From: Selaginella moellendorffii
Lineage: Eukaryota; Plantae; Lycopodiophyta
NCBI RefSeq assembly: GCF_000143415.4
Contig: NW_003314344.1
Span: 194,336-258,335, forward strand
DNA length: 64,000 nucleotides
Direction: 5' to 3'
Positions 45,501 to 59,300 of the stretch are shown here, piece by piece. Position numbers and translations under genes: made by a program. Below the pieces are notes generated by a model. It worked only from the letters and a program-made list of their open reading frames with translations. It searched no databases and was not told the DNA's origin. Position 1 is the stretch's first letter. Every line of letters begins with the position of its first letter.

Positions 45501-47016
45501 GGACCCGAGTTGGAGTCCGAAGTGGAGTCCGAGATGGACCCGAGATGGAGTCCGAGATGGAGTCCGAAGTGGAGTCCGAGGTGGACCCGAGATGGAACTG
45601 AGTTGGAGTCCAAAGTGGAGTCCGAGATGGACCCGAGATGGAGTCCGAGATGGAGTCCGAGATGGAGTCCGAGGTGGACCCGAGATGGACCCGAAATGGA
45701 GTCCGAGATGGACCCGAGATGGAGTCCGAGGTGGACCCGAGATGGACCCGAAATGGAGTCCGAGATGGAGTCCGAGATGGACCCGAGATGGAGTCCGAGA
45801 TGGACCCGAGATGGAGTCCGAGATGGAGTCCGAGATGGAGTCCGAAGCCGAGACCGAGACCGGGACCGAGACCAGGACCAAGACCGAGACCGAGATCGGG
45901 ACCGAGACCGAGACCGAGGCCGAGGCCGAGACCGAGCCCGAGCCCGAGTCCGAGTCCGAATCTGAGCCCGAGTCTGAGTCCGAGTCCGAGTCCGAGTCCG
46001 AGTCCGAGTCCGGAGCCTGAGAGGGTGAAAGCCCAAAGCGTTCGTCTCCCAGACCCTGGGGGGTTTGGTGAGCTCCAAAAGTATAGTAGGGGGAGGACTG
46101 CAGTGGAGCCAGTTTGGCCAGGAAAGGCCAGTTTGGCCCAGGAAGGCCAGACCCAGTGTTGGGTGATGAACTGACCACTGGGAAGTCCAAGACTAGAGTG
46201 AATACGGACCGACAAGCGGGGTAGCTGGGTGAAGTGTTCAAGAGCCGGCTCTAGTTCCCCCGGGAGATCGACTGGCCGATGCTCCCAGTCCAAGTGTGGG
46301 TGGCACTACCTACTTGGATACCAAGCGTGGCTCAATGGAACCTCGCTCTAAGCCCATGGCTAGAGCACCTAAAGGCGATAGGTGGGGAGAGTACCCAGGT
46401 GGCTTGCGTAAGGCCACGGTGTTCCGAAATATTGTCCCAAAGGCCCAGACTGTGGAAAGGAAGAGGAGCAGTCCTCTGGGGTAGTGACCAAAGACACAGT
46501 CATGTGGTGAGGAAGTCCCAGAGGACCGTGGGACTTAGTGGTCGGGCCTGTGGGCCTCGATCCAGTGGCAGTGTTGGCAAACACGACCAGGGGCAGAAAG
46601 GGACTTGGTAGGAACTGACAAAGGGACTTTGGGGAAGGCAATTCCCCAGGTCTGTGGGCATCCTAAGGATGCTAAGGAGTGGATCTAGGATGACCACTCG
46701 TGGACACATGGCCCAGTCTTGGAGAGACGAGGTGGTGATGCAAGTGGTGTTGAACCACTAGTGCAGCAAAGGTGAATGGGCATGGCCTTAGCGTAACGGG
46801 CCGAGATGTCAGTGGTACCTTTGGGTGTCGGTCTCAGGACCGGACACGTGGAGCACTTGGACCAGGTGCAAGTGTGGAGTGGCATGGATGCCATTCTTGG
46901 GGCTAGCAAGTCCCAAGTCCTGAATTGGACTGATGGAGGTTGTGAATGAGACTCCTCCAAGTGGTCGGAGGTGTGGTTAAGTGACTAAAGTAGAATGGAA
47001 AATTTAGTCGCTTACA
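33504..47016 (+). mobile_element. Tandem (LTR-internal-LTR-internal-LTR) non-autonomous LTR retrotransposon, LARD-like
   Basis: TG...CA LTRs at 33504-35305, 39360-41172 and 45227-47016. Internal regions 35306-39359 and 41173-45226 are both 4054 bp and nearly identical. tRNA-iMet-type PBS TGGTATCGGAGC follows LTR1 and LTR2. PPT GGGTGGTGGAG precedes LTR2 and LTR3. One 5-bp TSD TTAAC flanks the whole array (33499-33503 and 47017-47021). No long ORF. Confidence 0.95.
33735..34300. repeat. LTR-internal minisatellite (11/12-bp GATGGACCCGA/GATGGAGTCCGA units, then 6-bp CCGAGA/CCGAGT units)
   Basis: Direct reading. Copies at ~39590-40168 and ~45458-46012 differ in unit number. Confidence 0.95.
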
Positions 47017-47199
47017 TTAACGTACTAGACATTTCAAAAAGACTAAGTTGTGGTGGCTGTGATTATTGCTCAGTTCCTGCATCATGCATCAAAAGTTAGC
47101 TGTGATCTTAGTATACTTGGCAATTTCTATACTTATCAAATCCAGACTGTTGAAAATTATAAATTCCACCTATTACATAGAGCCAGATCAAAGTAATAT

Positions 47200-48300
47200 C
47201 AAGTTGCATTCCTCCATCTTAAATGCAAAGAGGCAGAGAATTGCTTCTAGGTCCATCTTTGGCCTAGCTACTACTGCTCACTCCATAGCCCCCAAGGGGC
47301 TCGAGAAATTCTTAGCTATGAAATTGGAAACCATTACATTGCAATGGGACTTGTACTTTGGAAGCAATAGGGTGAGAAATGTACCTTTACCATTAGCACT
47401 CATGAAAATATATTGCCATAAATCACACATCACCCAATGCCCTTCTTCTAGATAGCCTAACCAGCTATAGTGTCCACCTCTCATGAGGCATGACTTGCTC
47501 AGCCAACCTATCCATCCAATAGAATTTTTCCAAGTTATGAAAAACTTGTCAGGTGAGGAAGAGTCCAACTATCATAGAATCTGGTAAAGAAATGATAGTG
47601 CTTGATCTACATGGGCAATGAAAACTTATTGATCACCACAACCACTATCTAAATCTTCTTTGAAAGGCTATATTTCATTTTCTTCTCAATGCTTATTTTC
47701 TTTGGTTTTAAGCCAAATTTCTTATGGTAAAATCACAATAGTCTAGTGCATTCTAGCATCATATCAAACCAATGTAGCCCATCTTCTTGTTACATTTAAA
47801 GAATGTAGCATCTTGAGAGGTTTGCAAAAGGGGAAGAAGTTTCATGCTAAGGCAAATCACATGGGAACAAAATTAATGTTTTGTAGCAAATAGCTTCATT
47901 AACATGTACTCCAAGTGTGAAGACATAGTGGAAGCTCACAAGATCCTCAATGCTGTGGTATGTCCTACGCTTGTCTCTTGGAACACTTTGATGCTAGGAT
48001 ATGCAAAGTACAGGCAAGAAGATTTAGCTTGGCAAGCAAGGAGCTCAATAGAAAACTCACAAAAGTTTCAGCTCTAAAGAATACAATGACACTCAAGCCA
48101 AGTATGGCTTCAAGGAACATTTTGATATGTATTGCAAGTATGGGAGCATGTTGGATGCTTACAAAGCTCTAGACAGGATGAGATATTATAGTATTGTCTT
48201 GTGGATTGCTTTGATAGGATACTCGATAGAACTTGAGCTTGTTCTTTCTCATGGAAGAATAGAGACTAGAATTGAACTCTTAAATGTTTCTAGCCATGTT
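47200..48300. pseudogene. Degenerate PLS-class PPR gene fragments (both orientations)
   Basis: Plus strand: ANSFINMYSKCEDIVEAHKIL (~47885-47950) and MYCKYGSMLDAYKALDRMRYYSIVLWIALIGY (48127-48220). Minus strand: PDKFFITW...SCLMRGG...PKYKSHCNVMV (47278-47568). Many stops and frameshifts. Confidence 0.65.
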
Positions 48301-48431
48301 GAAGGTTGGTTTTAGCTCCAACCTTAATAGCATCCACAAACCCAGATAAACACATGTCAAATACTTGTATTACCTTGCTTGAGCTAATGAGTATTGAAGT
48401 TGTGTTGCTCTCAAGACTGCCAATTATTTTA

Positions 48432-48435
<4 letters not shown>

Positions 48436-48494
<59 letters not shown>
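48436..48494. repeat. (TA)n microsatellite
   Basis: Direct reading. Similar runs at ~24975-25007, ~54775-54825 and ~61776-61812. Confidence 0.9.
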
Positions 48495-48500
<6 letters not shown>

Positions 48501-48577
48501 AAGTTCATGAACTATCAAATCCCAAGTCCATGTAGGCTCACTTTATATGATCATGAGAAAAAATTTCTTAATGTTAA

Positions 48578-51500
48578 TGTGAGTGCATGGAATATGGAAA
48601 AGGAATACAGAAAATGTGCATATCAATTAGCCCAAAAAACCTAGTTTATATACAGAAGCAAGTGGTTTGGATTGAAACTAATCTGACAATTATCAAAATC
48701 TCATTACATTAATATTAGTATACAACATCGTAGTCGTACACTTGGACCTCACATCATCCCCTCTCTCTGAATAATGGAAGACCATCAAGGTTCTCTTGTA
48801 GATGGGCTGGGATTTAGAGGAATGTCAGGAGGAGGCATTAGTGGTTTTGTAGGTGGTATCAATTATTCCTGATCCCTTTGTATGAAGCATTTCAACTGTT
48901 GCACAATTTTTTAAGGATTGGTCTGTTAGACATCATGCCGAACCTCATAAACTTGTGGTCCAACTTGCCACAACACTTGATACGGTCCTTTCCACTGAGT
49001 AAAGAGCCCCTTCAATAAACCACATATCGTAAGATGGGGAAAACGGACTAACACTAAGTCATCCACTTTGTACTCTACAAGTGGACAATGATGGGAGTTG
49101 TACCACTTTTGTTGTCCCACCTGTATGCAGCCTAAGTGTTTGGCAAACTTTACTCAAACAAGTGGAAGAACGCTTGTCAAATACTGATCCCACGACCTAG
49201 CATCGGCAGCTCATGGCAATTGTAAAAGTAAACCCAGCTCCCTTGGATTATAATATTAGATCATGACCATATAGAAGTTTATATGGAGAAGCACCAACAA
49301 AACTTTGCACCCCTATGACATATGCATACTAAAGAGATGGCAAATAACCATCTCAATCTGAATGCTGAAAGTTCACGTATTTCGTGATCATTCTTTTGAA
49401 TGTTTGAATGAGTTGTTGCACCAAACCGTCTAACTGTTAGCACTCATGAAAGTGTGGTGTACCCCCAACTAAGACATCAAAACATAAAATGCCTCAACCA
49501 TAAATGTGGGACTATTATTGGAAAGAATCTGCTACGGATAAGAATGCTAAAACACCACGCAATTGAGGAGGAGGAGAAAGTATCCAATAGTAGTTGCAAA
49601 GGCGCTAGCAAAAGCATCAACTTCCACCCAATGAGTCAAATAGTCAAAAGCAATAATAATATATCCATTACTAACAATCGATTGTGGAAAAGGTCCTTTA
49701 AGATTAAATGCCACTAACTCAAACGGATGGGAAATTGCAATTGATTCCAACCGTCCTTCTGCGGCATGAGGAGGAGTATTACGAGCTTGGCACTAAACGC
49801 AGTTACATACATACTAGATACCATTAGGTAACATCTCTGGCCAATAGAAAGACTTATGCAGCTTCTTAGTCACACGATAATGTCCCATATGCCTACCTAG
49901 AATAGGAGAATCATAGTAGGCATGGAGAAACCGTGGAATAAAGACGAAAGGCAGCATCAGCCATAAAGGATCATCAGGATCCATCCCCATAAAATAAAGA
50001 AGGCTATCTTGAAGGCAATATTGAAAATGTAAATGCCAAAATGGCAAGTCATCAGTAAATGATGCAGGATTCTCAAACCCATCTAGAAGCTTTCGAATCC
50101 ACGGTTCAATCTTCTGAGCTTCGCAAACCTCATCAAAAGAAAGTAGATCTTACTCTACACTTTGTGGACATTGAACTTCAAGTACAGCAACTGCTGACAA
50201 TACAGAATCCTTGTTTAGAAAATCTATAGATGCTGAAATAACAGGCTCGCTAAAAACATAAGAAGAGAGTGGAGAAGGAAAAGGAGCTCAAAAAAGGGCA
50301 TTAGCATCAGCCATAAAATTCCCTGGATAATGAACAACATCAAAATTATATATTTGAAGCTTCAAAGCCCAGTACGACTAACCAGGTTTTTTCGCTTTAA
50401 TAATGAAGTAACAGCAACATGATCACCTTCAAGTAACGTTCAAGAACCATGTAGATATACATGAAGTTTCTCGAAACCCTAGACTACTGCTAAACACTCA
50501 TCTTTGTTGTACAGTAATTCACCCTACTAGTTGTAATATACAACTTATATACGCAATGGGATGGCACTAACTAAGCACACCTGAGCTCTCTTGTATCAAC
50601 CTGAGCTCTCTTGTATCAACACACTTCCAAGACCAATATCAGAAGCATCCAAGCATAAAAAAAAGGCCAAGTATAGTTAGAATATGCCAAAACCGGAGGA
50701 GTCATCAATAGCACTTTGAGATCCACAAACGCCCGTTCACAATCCGGAGACCAAATGAAAGATGACATTGATAACTTTAGCAATGCTTACAATGGTGCAG
50801 TGTGATAAAAAAGATGATCCACAAAACGACCAAAATACTACACCTTGCCTAAGAAGCGCTACGCATCATTCACACACTTCAGAGTAGGGAACTTTAGAAC
50901 AGCTACAAATTTGTCAAGATCAACTTGCAAACCCTTACGAAAAATATAATACCTAAGATAAGTTGTGTCTATAGACCCAAATATGCACTTCAACCACTTC
51001 AACTTTAAACCAATGTCCCGTAGCCAACCCACCACTTTACAAACATCACGAATGTGTTCCTCCTATGTCCCCTCTGAGTGGATCAAAACATCATCAATAA
51101 AGTCAACAATCACTTTTAGCATATTGCAAATAACTTTGTCTATTATCCACTGGAAAGTTGCTAGAGTATTATTCAAACCAAAAGGCATCACCAAGAATTT
51201 GTACAAATCAAACAGTGTATAAAAAGTAGTTTTAGAAATGTCTTCTTTGGGATACTTGCTAGTACCTAGAAACAAAATTTAGCTTGGTGAACCAATGATT
51301 TCACCCTAGACGATCCAAAAGATTAGTAGTGTGAGGAAGAGGTTACACATCCGGCATCATCACTTCATTTAACGGATGATAGTCCATACAAAAATGAATA
51401 CTCCCATCAGGCTTCGTCACAAGATGAGGTTCACATACCCAAGGACTTCACGACTTCTGAATAACACCCTTCTCCCACATCTCTTTGACGTTTGCATGTA

Positions 51501-53485
51501 AAATCTTAATCTCTTTGGGTGACCAATGATGAATAGGAACCTTGATTAGATGAGCATCCCCAGTAGGAATAGAATGACATATGGCAATCTTGGCCCCAAA
51601 CGATAGGTCAAATTCAAAAAGATCGAAATACTCCTTCATAAGCTGATCAACCACTGTAACACAAAAACTGTTGGAAGGATTAGAAAAGGGAAGAGCGAAA
51701 GAATATGGAAACATAAGAAGAAGTAGTAGGGGGACAAAAGTAATAAAAGCAAAGGTATAAGTAAAGGGATGAAGAGGTATGGAAATGAAAGGAATGGATG
51801 AAATATAAAGAAGTATAAGATAATGGGGAGAAACTTCAAAGTCATACTTAGCGTGATTGTGCTGCAACCAATCCATACTAAGGATGAAGTTAAAAGTTTG
51901 ACTTGGCATCACCCACAATGACTGCAACCCAAGCTCGAGATCGCCCACATATACAACCAAGTCTGCCTCATCCCGTGTATATGCATGTGTATGGCTGTTG
52001 CCATAAAGAATGAAACTGGTTCTATCATACATCACAAGTGTAGACAACAACGTGGGGCAACAAGTCGAGCAATAGAAGATAAACTCAAACCTGTATCAAC
52101 CAACACGAAAGACTTCGTGTTATAAAAACGAGTTTGGAAAGTAAACACTGGATGAACTGGTGCCGAGTGAATCCCTTGATGATATTCTTGAAAAAAAGAT
52201 GGAGGGGTCACTAACTTATTCGCACAAGGTCCTTTCGTTACTCGTGCGACTCCTCATTTTCCAAATGCATCTCGGTATCTAGACCTTCCATTGCAATAGC
52301 ACTAACAGAACGTTGTTGACGTTAAAGTCTCCACCCAAGAAATGGAGGTTGCCAATCCAGAAAATGCTAACAACACTGATAAGTGTGACAAACTTCATCA
52401 TATGCCTAACAGCAAACATCATAGCCACAACTACATCCTTGTCCTTGTCCTTGAACTCAAGTAACAACAACATTAACCTCATTTAGAACAGGACCATCGC
52501 CCACAAAAAGTGGAGCGAATGGACATGTAGCGACATCTCATAATGTTGTGCCAAGTGAAAAGTATCGTCAAGGGTGGCTGGAGCAAGTGCATGCACAAGT
52601 CTAACAAGATTTTGACGAAGTGCTAGCCACAACATTCCTAGCTTGCTCTGCTTTGACATATTTGACTTCGCACAAAGCAAGGGGATTCGGAAATGAATGC
52701 CAAATTACATCACTAACTCAGATGGCCCTTGATGAAGATGATGCAATTGTTGGAAGGCATTATCATAATTGTTAGCATGTTCGAATGTATGTTTAAAAAT
52801 GTCTGGAAGAACACTCCAATCCCCACGAGTGGCTACACTCGAACCATTATACCACTATAATGTCGTCCCTTGGAAACATATAGGAAACTCATGCAAACAT
52901 CAAGCATCATCCCAAAAATGATATGTAGCAATCATTATGAAGTGATCAAATTAATGGTACACATCATCCCTAGGATTCCCACGAAAGAACTCTGGCCGAA
53001 TGTGAGGATTGGCACCAAGAGCAGGAGGAGTTGTACCACGTGCCGTGAATACTGCCATCAACTGAGTTTGGTTGTTCAATTGCAAGTGCATAGTATCAAG
53101 CAATTGTACCAACTGTTGCTCTAGAGTCAAAAGAGGAGATTGCTGATCTACCATGAAGATAAATGAAAAGGAAAGAGTAAAAGAAAAGAAATGACAAAAA
53201 GCTAGAAGGATAGGGAAATCTAAATAATGCAAAAAGTTATATTTAAACCAAAATCCCAAATTCAAGCATTCTTGAGGGACAATCAAAAAGTGCCCCTCAC
53301 TTCCACCACTGTAAGTGCATGGAATATGGAAAGGGAATACAAAAAATATGCATATCAATTAGCCTTAAAACCTTAACTTATATACAAGAGTGAGTGGTTT
53401 AGATTAAAATCAATCTGATGGCTACTAAAATCCCACTACACTAATATCAATATATGGCATTGTAGCCGTACACTTGGACCTCACA
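48578..53485 (-). mobile_element. Full-length but heavily mutated copy of the gypsy element at 28178-33187
   Basis: LTRs at 53310-53485 and 48578-48753. PBS at ~53291-53308. Collinear gag/pol relics: LTLEQQLVQLLD, LVMPFGLNNTLATFQ, FIDDVLIH, QWKGPYQVL. Many stops; no matching TSD (ttaa vs gcaa). Confidence 0.92.
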
Positions 53486-53929
53486 GCAAGAAATTTAATT
53501 TATATTCAAATAAATCTAGATCAAATTAAATATTTTAAGGTTTTGATAAACCTAACAATTATAGCATGTAGTACAAATAAAAAACTAAGTATAAAGTGTA
53601 TACAATTGTTAAAATATAGTATAAAGTTAAATTTATCAAAAAAATAATGTTTTTCTATTAGATAATATTTTAGAAAGAACTATTAGAATAATAGTAGTTG
53701 AGATTGGTTTACTGCACAATTGCCTACCATGAATCTAGCAATAGCCTCATATTGTGCAATGAAACAAGTTTAACTCTTCAAATTTTAAACTTAAAAGTGG
53801 TCCAAACTCATCTTTCTTATACTCCTTTATCTACCAAATAATCATAGCTGCTTTTTTTCTTTGTGAGAGGAGGGGATGATATGAGATTTATATATAGTAC
53901 ATTTTATTTCTCTCCCTTTAAGCTAAAAA

Positions 53930-54750
53930 TTGAAAAAAGAGTAATTGCTTAATAAAAGAGCCTTTAATGGTTATTTTATCCCTATTTATCCCTCAAGATT
54001 CCAACTAAAAAAATGGGTAATTGCTTGATAACAGAGCCTTTAATGACTATTTTTCCCCATTTATCCCTTAAATTTTCAAAAATTCACAATGATAGTATAT
54101 CTAAATCTCATTCTATGATCATATATATTACACTCACCCCCTTTTCAGAAATGTTAATGTTTTCATTAACTATTGACTAACAACCCAAGATTCCAATTGG
54201 AAAAAGGGTAATTGTTTAATAAGAGAGCATTTAATTGCTAATTTTTTCTCTATTATCCCCCGAGGTTCTAATGATTCGTGGTGACAATATATTTAAATCT
54301 CATCCCATGATCACATGTGTTTTTACACTTACCCCCTAATAGAGATGTTAATGTTTTTATTAACCAGTGATTAACAACTTTTATTGAGCCAAAAGGAATT
54401 AACACCTCCATTTCCATATAGAATTTATTAATCCTTCTATTGTGTAAACTAGTTATTCCATGTGAAACAATTAATCATCCATCTATATGATACATATATA
54501 CATATATATATACATATAAATATACTTTACTCAAAGGTATATTATATTTTAAGTAGCCACTAATCAATGGGAATCAAACCCATGTCATTTATTTCAATAC
54601 CACATTCAATACCATATATAACACATATTATCTCTTTCCCTTTAAGTCAACTAAAAAATGGGCAATTAAGCTCTTAGTTCCTTATTTATCTCCTAAGGTT
54701 CCAAAGATTCATAGTGATAATATATCTAAATCCCATCCCATAATCACATG
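53930..54750. repeat. Imperfect dispersed/tandem AT-rich repeats, probably TE-derived
   Basis: Three to four copies of gtaattg(c/t)tt(a/g)ataa(a/c/g)agagc(c/a)tttaat... The reverse complement also occurs at ~25465-25510. Confidence 0.55.
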
Positions 54751-54775
54751 CACTACAATCTAAATATATGATATA

Positions 54776-54830
<55 letters not shown>

Positions 54831-55734
54831 TTATAGTTTCAAGCTAATACGTATGTGTATATTTCAACTAGGGTGATTAATAATATAAATTGTTGCATGT
54901 TGCATTGCATCAATGCTTTATTTTAAATAATAATAGTATTATATATCTATTGTACATTAACCTGATAGAGAAATTAATTTTTTAATTATTAGATAATCTT
55001 AATCAAATTTGGCCTTTACTATTACTATTATCCATAATAATGACATTATCAGCACTTCTTTTTTTATGAAAGAAAATTGAATACTTGGTAGGTTTCTTGA
55101 TTATTTCTTATGATTCTCTTTGTATTCTGATCATGCTTGGATTGGAGAACCCATAACTAAGAAAGAAAAAGAAATTAAAAATAAACTATAAAGAGTTTTA
55201 CACTCAACATAAAGATGTCTTTAGTAGAAAACTTTAGAAGATTTTCGAAACGAGCTTCATGGCTACCAATTGGAATGATATAGATCTCAAAGCCCTCCCA
55301 CAGTGCTCTGTACAGCCAGAAATAGAGCAATGTGTTGCACAACCAGATGCCATGCAAGGCTCCTTTGAGATGGATGGCAACGAAGGCTGCCCTCTCAAGG
55401 GTGGGTCTTGGTGTTTGCTATCATTATATTGAGCACATTGCATGTCTAGAGAGCTGTGGAATTTTCCATGACTTATAACCTTTGTGTTGTCATCAAGAAC
55501 ATAGGGCACGACTACTTGGGGCTCCAAACTTAGAGATAATTTGGTGATTCTCCCCTAGAGAATTGGAGTTTGCAACATCATTTTATAAACTATAAATATG
55601 TATCATTTAATCGAAGTTCCATACTAGAATATACTTTGGAGTGTTTTAAGAAAATTTAATGAAACGTTAGATGATAGAATATGCTAGAATATCTAAGCAT
55701 ATTCTAGATACACTACATTCTCTTCTATGACACA

Positions 55735-56290
55735 TAAATCCCGGCAGTGCGATCGTCTAAGCTTCCCAGCTTGTCCAAGTAGAACACTGGAAGATTGTGG
55801 AGCATGTCCACCTATGATGCGCACGCTCAAAGCAGTGAACGTAATTCTCTCGATCCACAAACGGTGGATCCACAACATCATCGCATCCCCATTTCTTTCT
55901 TCCAGCAAAACATTTGGATGTGGAGGCCCGATGCTCCTCACTGCTGCCACCAAAAGAATCCTCCCAATCCTCCCATTCCATCCCTGAGGGATGGATTGAG
56001 AACGAGAGGTTACAATCACGCACGAGCTCCGCCAGCTCGGACGTTACACTGGCGGGCCGCCGGCATCCGCTAGTACGCATCCTCGCCTCGAATCCTCCCA
56101 GCGATCTCGGGCTTGGACGTCACCAGCAGAATCTCGTGCGACGCTGAATCGCGGGATCTTGGTCGATGACGCTGGCCTGCTTGCCGCCGCGCACGCGTGA
56201 GATCGAAGCTTTGCCTTGTTGCTCGATCCTAAGAGGAAGCGCTGGATGGAGCGATGGCGGGGAATCGTTCGATTGGCGCGTCCAGCGCCC
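55735..56290 (-). pseudogene. Fic-domain pseudogene, paralog of 15206-16258
   Basis: Fragments in different frames: RRPASVTSELAELVRDCNLS, NGRIGRILLVAAVRSIGPPHPNVLLE and DPPFVDRENYVHCFERA. Multiple internal deletions and a frameshift in the HPF motif. Confidence 0.92.
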
Positions 56291-56335
56291 AAATAGAATT
56301 AGGTCAGTTCTTTACTAGGGTTTGGGATTTTGGCG

Positions 56336-59300
56336 ATGGCGCCCGGGCAGGAGGTCGATGCCGCCGGTCGGTCCGCTCCTTTCCCAGCGAGCTGGACGAG
56401 CGAGCGCTTCGATCCCGCGCGGGTGGAGCAAATCTACAGGACGGAGCTCGCGTCGGCAGAAGGTAGCAAATCCGTGCCACTCCAGAGGGTTGCATTGCTC
56501 GAGATTGGCCAGTATTTGGAGAACTATCTGTGGCCGCATTTCGATCACCAGGCCGCCTCATTCGAGCATGTCATGTCGATTGTGTTGATGGTGAATGAGA
56601 AGGTGAGTTGTTATTTTCTCCTGGAAATGTGGATGGCTCTGATGAATTTTTTCTCTAGTTTCGAGAAAATGTGCCCGCTTGGAATTGTTTCCATGGGAGA
56701 AAACAAGTTTTTTCACTGTTCTTGCACCGGGTTTTCACCCTCCAGGTAAGAAGTCAAGTTTTTGCAGTGACCATGTTTTAACATTGTTTCTCTCCGTGAT
56801 TCTCAGGGAGAGCGGTCTCTAAATCTGAAAGAGAAGACAAACTACTTGCTTTTTCTTATACACAGTTTCCAGGTTATACTTGCTTTGCTCTTCTTTGCAA
56901 CGGTTTAATCGGTTTTTTGTAATGTAGAGCTTGGAAGATCCCTTGGTGGCGGACTCGGTTCTACGACTGGTCTCAATGGAGCTTTGGCACAGCTTGTCTC
57001 CTGGTCGTGTAAAGGTACGCGTTTAATCAGGCATCTGCGTGACATTTTCTGATTTGATTCTGCACTAGCTGGAGCTCTTTCACGACGAAACGCTTCTTAA
57101 GCCATGGCTGAAGCTGCAGAAGAAAGCTGCAGCCAGCTCTGCAAATATCCAGGAAAAACTGGAAGTACGGTTTCTGCCATCTTTGATGAAAGATTTTCTT
57201 CAGGTAAAGTGGATCGATGGTATGATTTTACGTCCTAAACCGGTGCTTTCAAGGTTCTCGATGGTGCTGTTGTGGGAAGTGAGATTGACGCATCGGCTGT
57301 TCTGTTTTGTGAGCGCTTTGTAGAGTTTTTAATTGATCTTCTTAGCCAGATGCCAACACGGAGGTAGGCTTTGGGTTTTCGTAGTCATCGGTGCTGTCAC
57401 TCACCCCTGTATTCTGCAGATTTGGAAAAGCTGTTGTCAATGATCTGGCGGTTGTTGTAAAATGCAAGTTGAGTCCTTTGCACGAACATCCTCAAGGAAC
57501 GCTCTTCCGGAAACTCGTGGACTTACTTCAGTTCTATGCGGATTTTGAGCTTGACGATCAGAAAGGTCTCGAAGTTAACGTCTTGAAGAGGCACTGCAAT
57601 TTTATTCACTCGTTTCAACTCTTAGCATTTAACCAGGAGCCGAAGGTTTGTACGAGGAGTATTAGTCAATTTGAGACTGACTTTATGTGCAGCTTAAAGA
57701 GATGGCACTGTCGAATGTCGGGGCGTTGAACAATCGCAAGGAATTGACGAAGTGGTTATCGAAGCTGAGCGTTCAAGAATTGAAAGATTTGGTCTGCAAC
57801 AAGGTATATATAAAGCACTGTACGTGGATTTCGTTTCTGACATTTTCGTGCACAGTTGATGCTAATTCCGGCATCAGATACTTGGGCAGACAGGGTGGAT
57901 TTCCTAAAAGAAGTACTAGTCTCAGCCTTTGAGAAACGCCAATCTCAGAGGGATTTCATCAATGGTCTTCCACTTTATCCTACCGAGACCGTGATGTGGG
58001 ACGAAAGTTTGGTGCCAAGCGTCAACTACACCGGCGAGGCAAGCCTGGCGCTTCACAAGCTAAACTTGCAGTTCCTGACGCTCAACGATTACCTTTTGCG
58101 GAACTTCCACCTGTTTCGGCTAGAGTCTACTTACGAGATCAGGGAGAACATCCAGGAAGTGTTGGAGAAAGTTGCAGCGTCTGTCGGTGATGAGGGCCGC
58201 ACAAAGTTTCGGGGCTGGGCTCGGATGGCAACTCCGGTCAAGTCTTTCAAGATAACTCAAGTGAAAGAGCCGAATATTGGTGACATCAAGCCGTCATCCG
58301 TGACTGCCGAGGTTACGTTCAGCATAGCGAGGTGTGATCCGCAGCTAAGAGCCGAGTGGGATGACTTGAAGGAGCATGACGTTCTGTTTCTACTCACAGT
58401 GATGCCGCATTTGAAGCCACCATCGTCCGAGATAGCTCAGCACATGACTGTGCCGGAGAAATACGGGCTCAAGTACGTACGAGGATGTGAAATCGTGGAG
58501 ATTCGTGATGAAGTAAACCATCTAATGAACGACTTCACTGGGCGGGTCAAGAGGGAAGAATGGAAACCTCCACAAGGGGACCAACGGACAGTTGTTTTAG
58601 CTCTGGACTGTGCGCAATACCAGATTGATATGGACGCAAAGGCTGAAGGTGAAGAAGACCCGTACAGCTCCTTCAATCTTCTTATGAGAAGGAAGCCGAA
58701 AGAGAACAACTTCAAAGCTATTTTGGAGTCCATCCGGGACCTCACCAACGAGGATTGCATAGTTCCGGACTGGCTTCAGGACTTGGTTCTGGGATATTTC
58801 AATCCAGTGAAGCTGCAGAAGCACAAGCAGCTTCATACCGTAGACTTCAAGGATACTTTTTTGGATGCACAGCACCTGCGTGAAAGTTTCCCTGGCGAGG
58901 TATCACTGATTCTTCTTTCACGTCGCTGTATTAACAAGTTGGATGCAGGTTAAGTTTGTGACTCCGGATGGCGACGTTGACGAATCTCCAGCACCACCAT
59001 TCCGTGTAACGTTCCCCAAGTCGAACACCAAGACAGCCATCGAGGAGGTATCGCTGCTGACGGTTTTTGTTTTGTCGTAGATCCTCACGGATTTATGTGC
59101 TTTCAGATTGCAGATGGAAACGATACCAAAGTTAAGCGAAGCAGAAAAAGGAAAGCCTCGTCTGGAAATGGCACCGCAGACAGTGAAACTGCAGTCCAGG
59201 AGGCTATCATTGTGGAGAGCTACGTGCCTCCGGATCCAGGTCCATATCCACAAGACCAGCCAAAGCAGAATTCCGTTAGATTCACACCAGTCCAGGTTTG

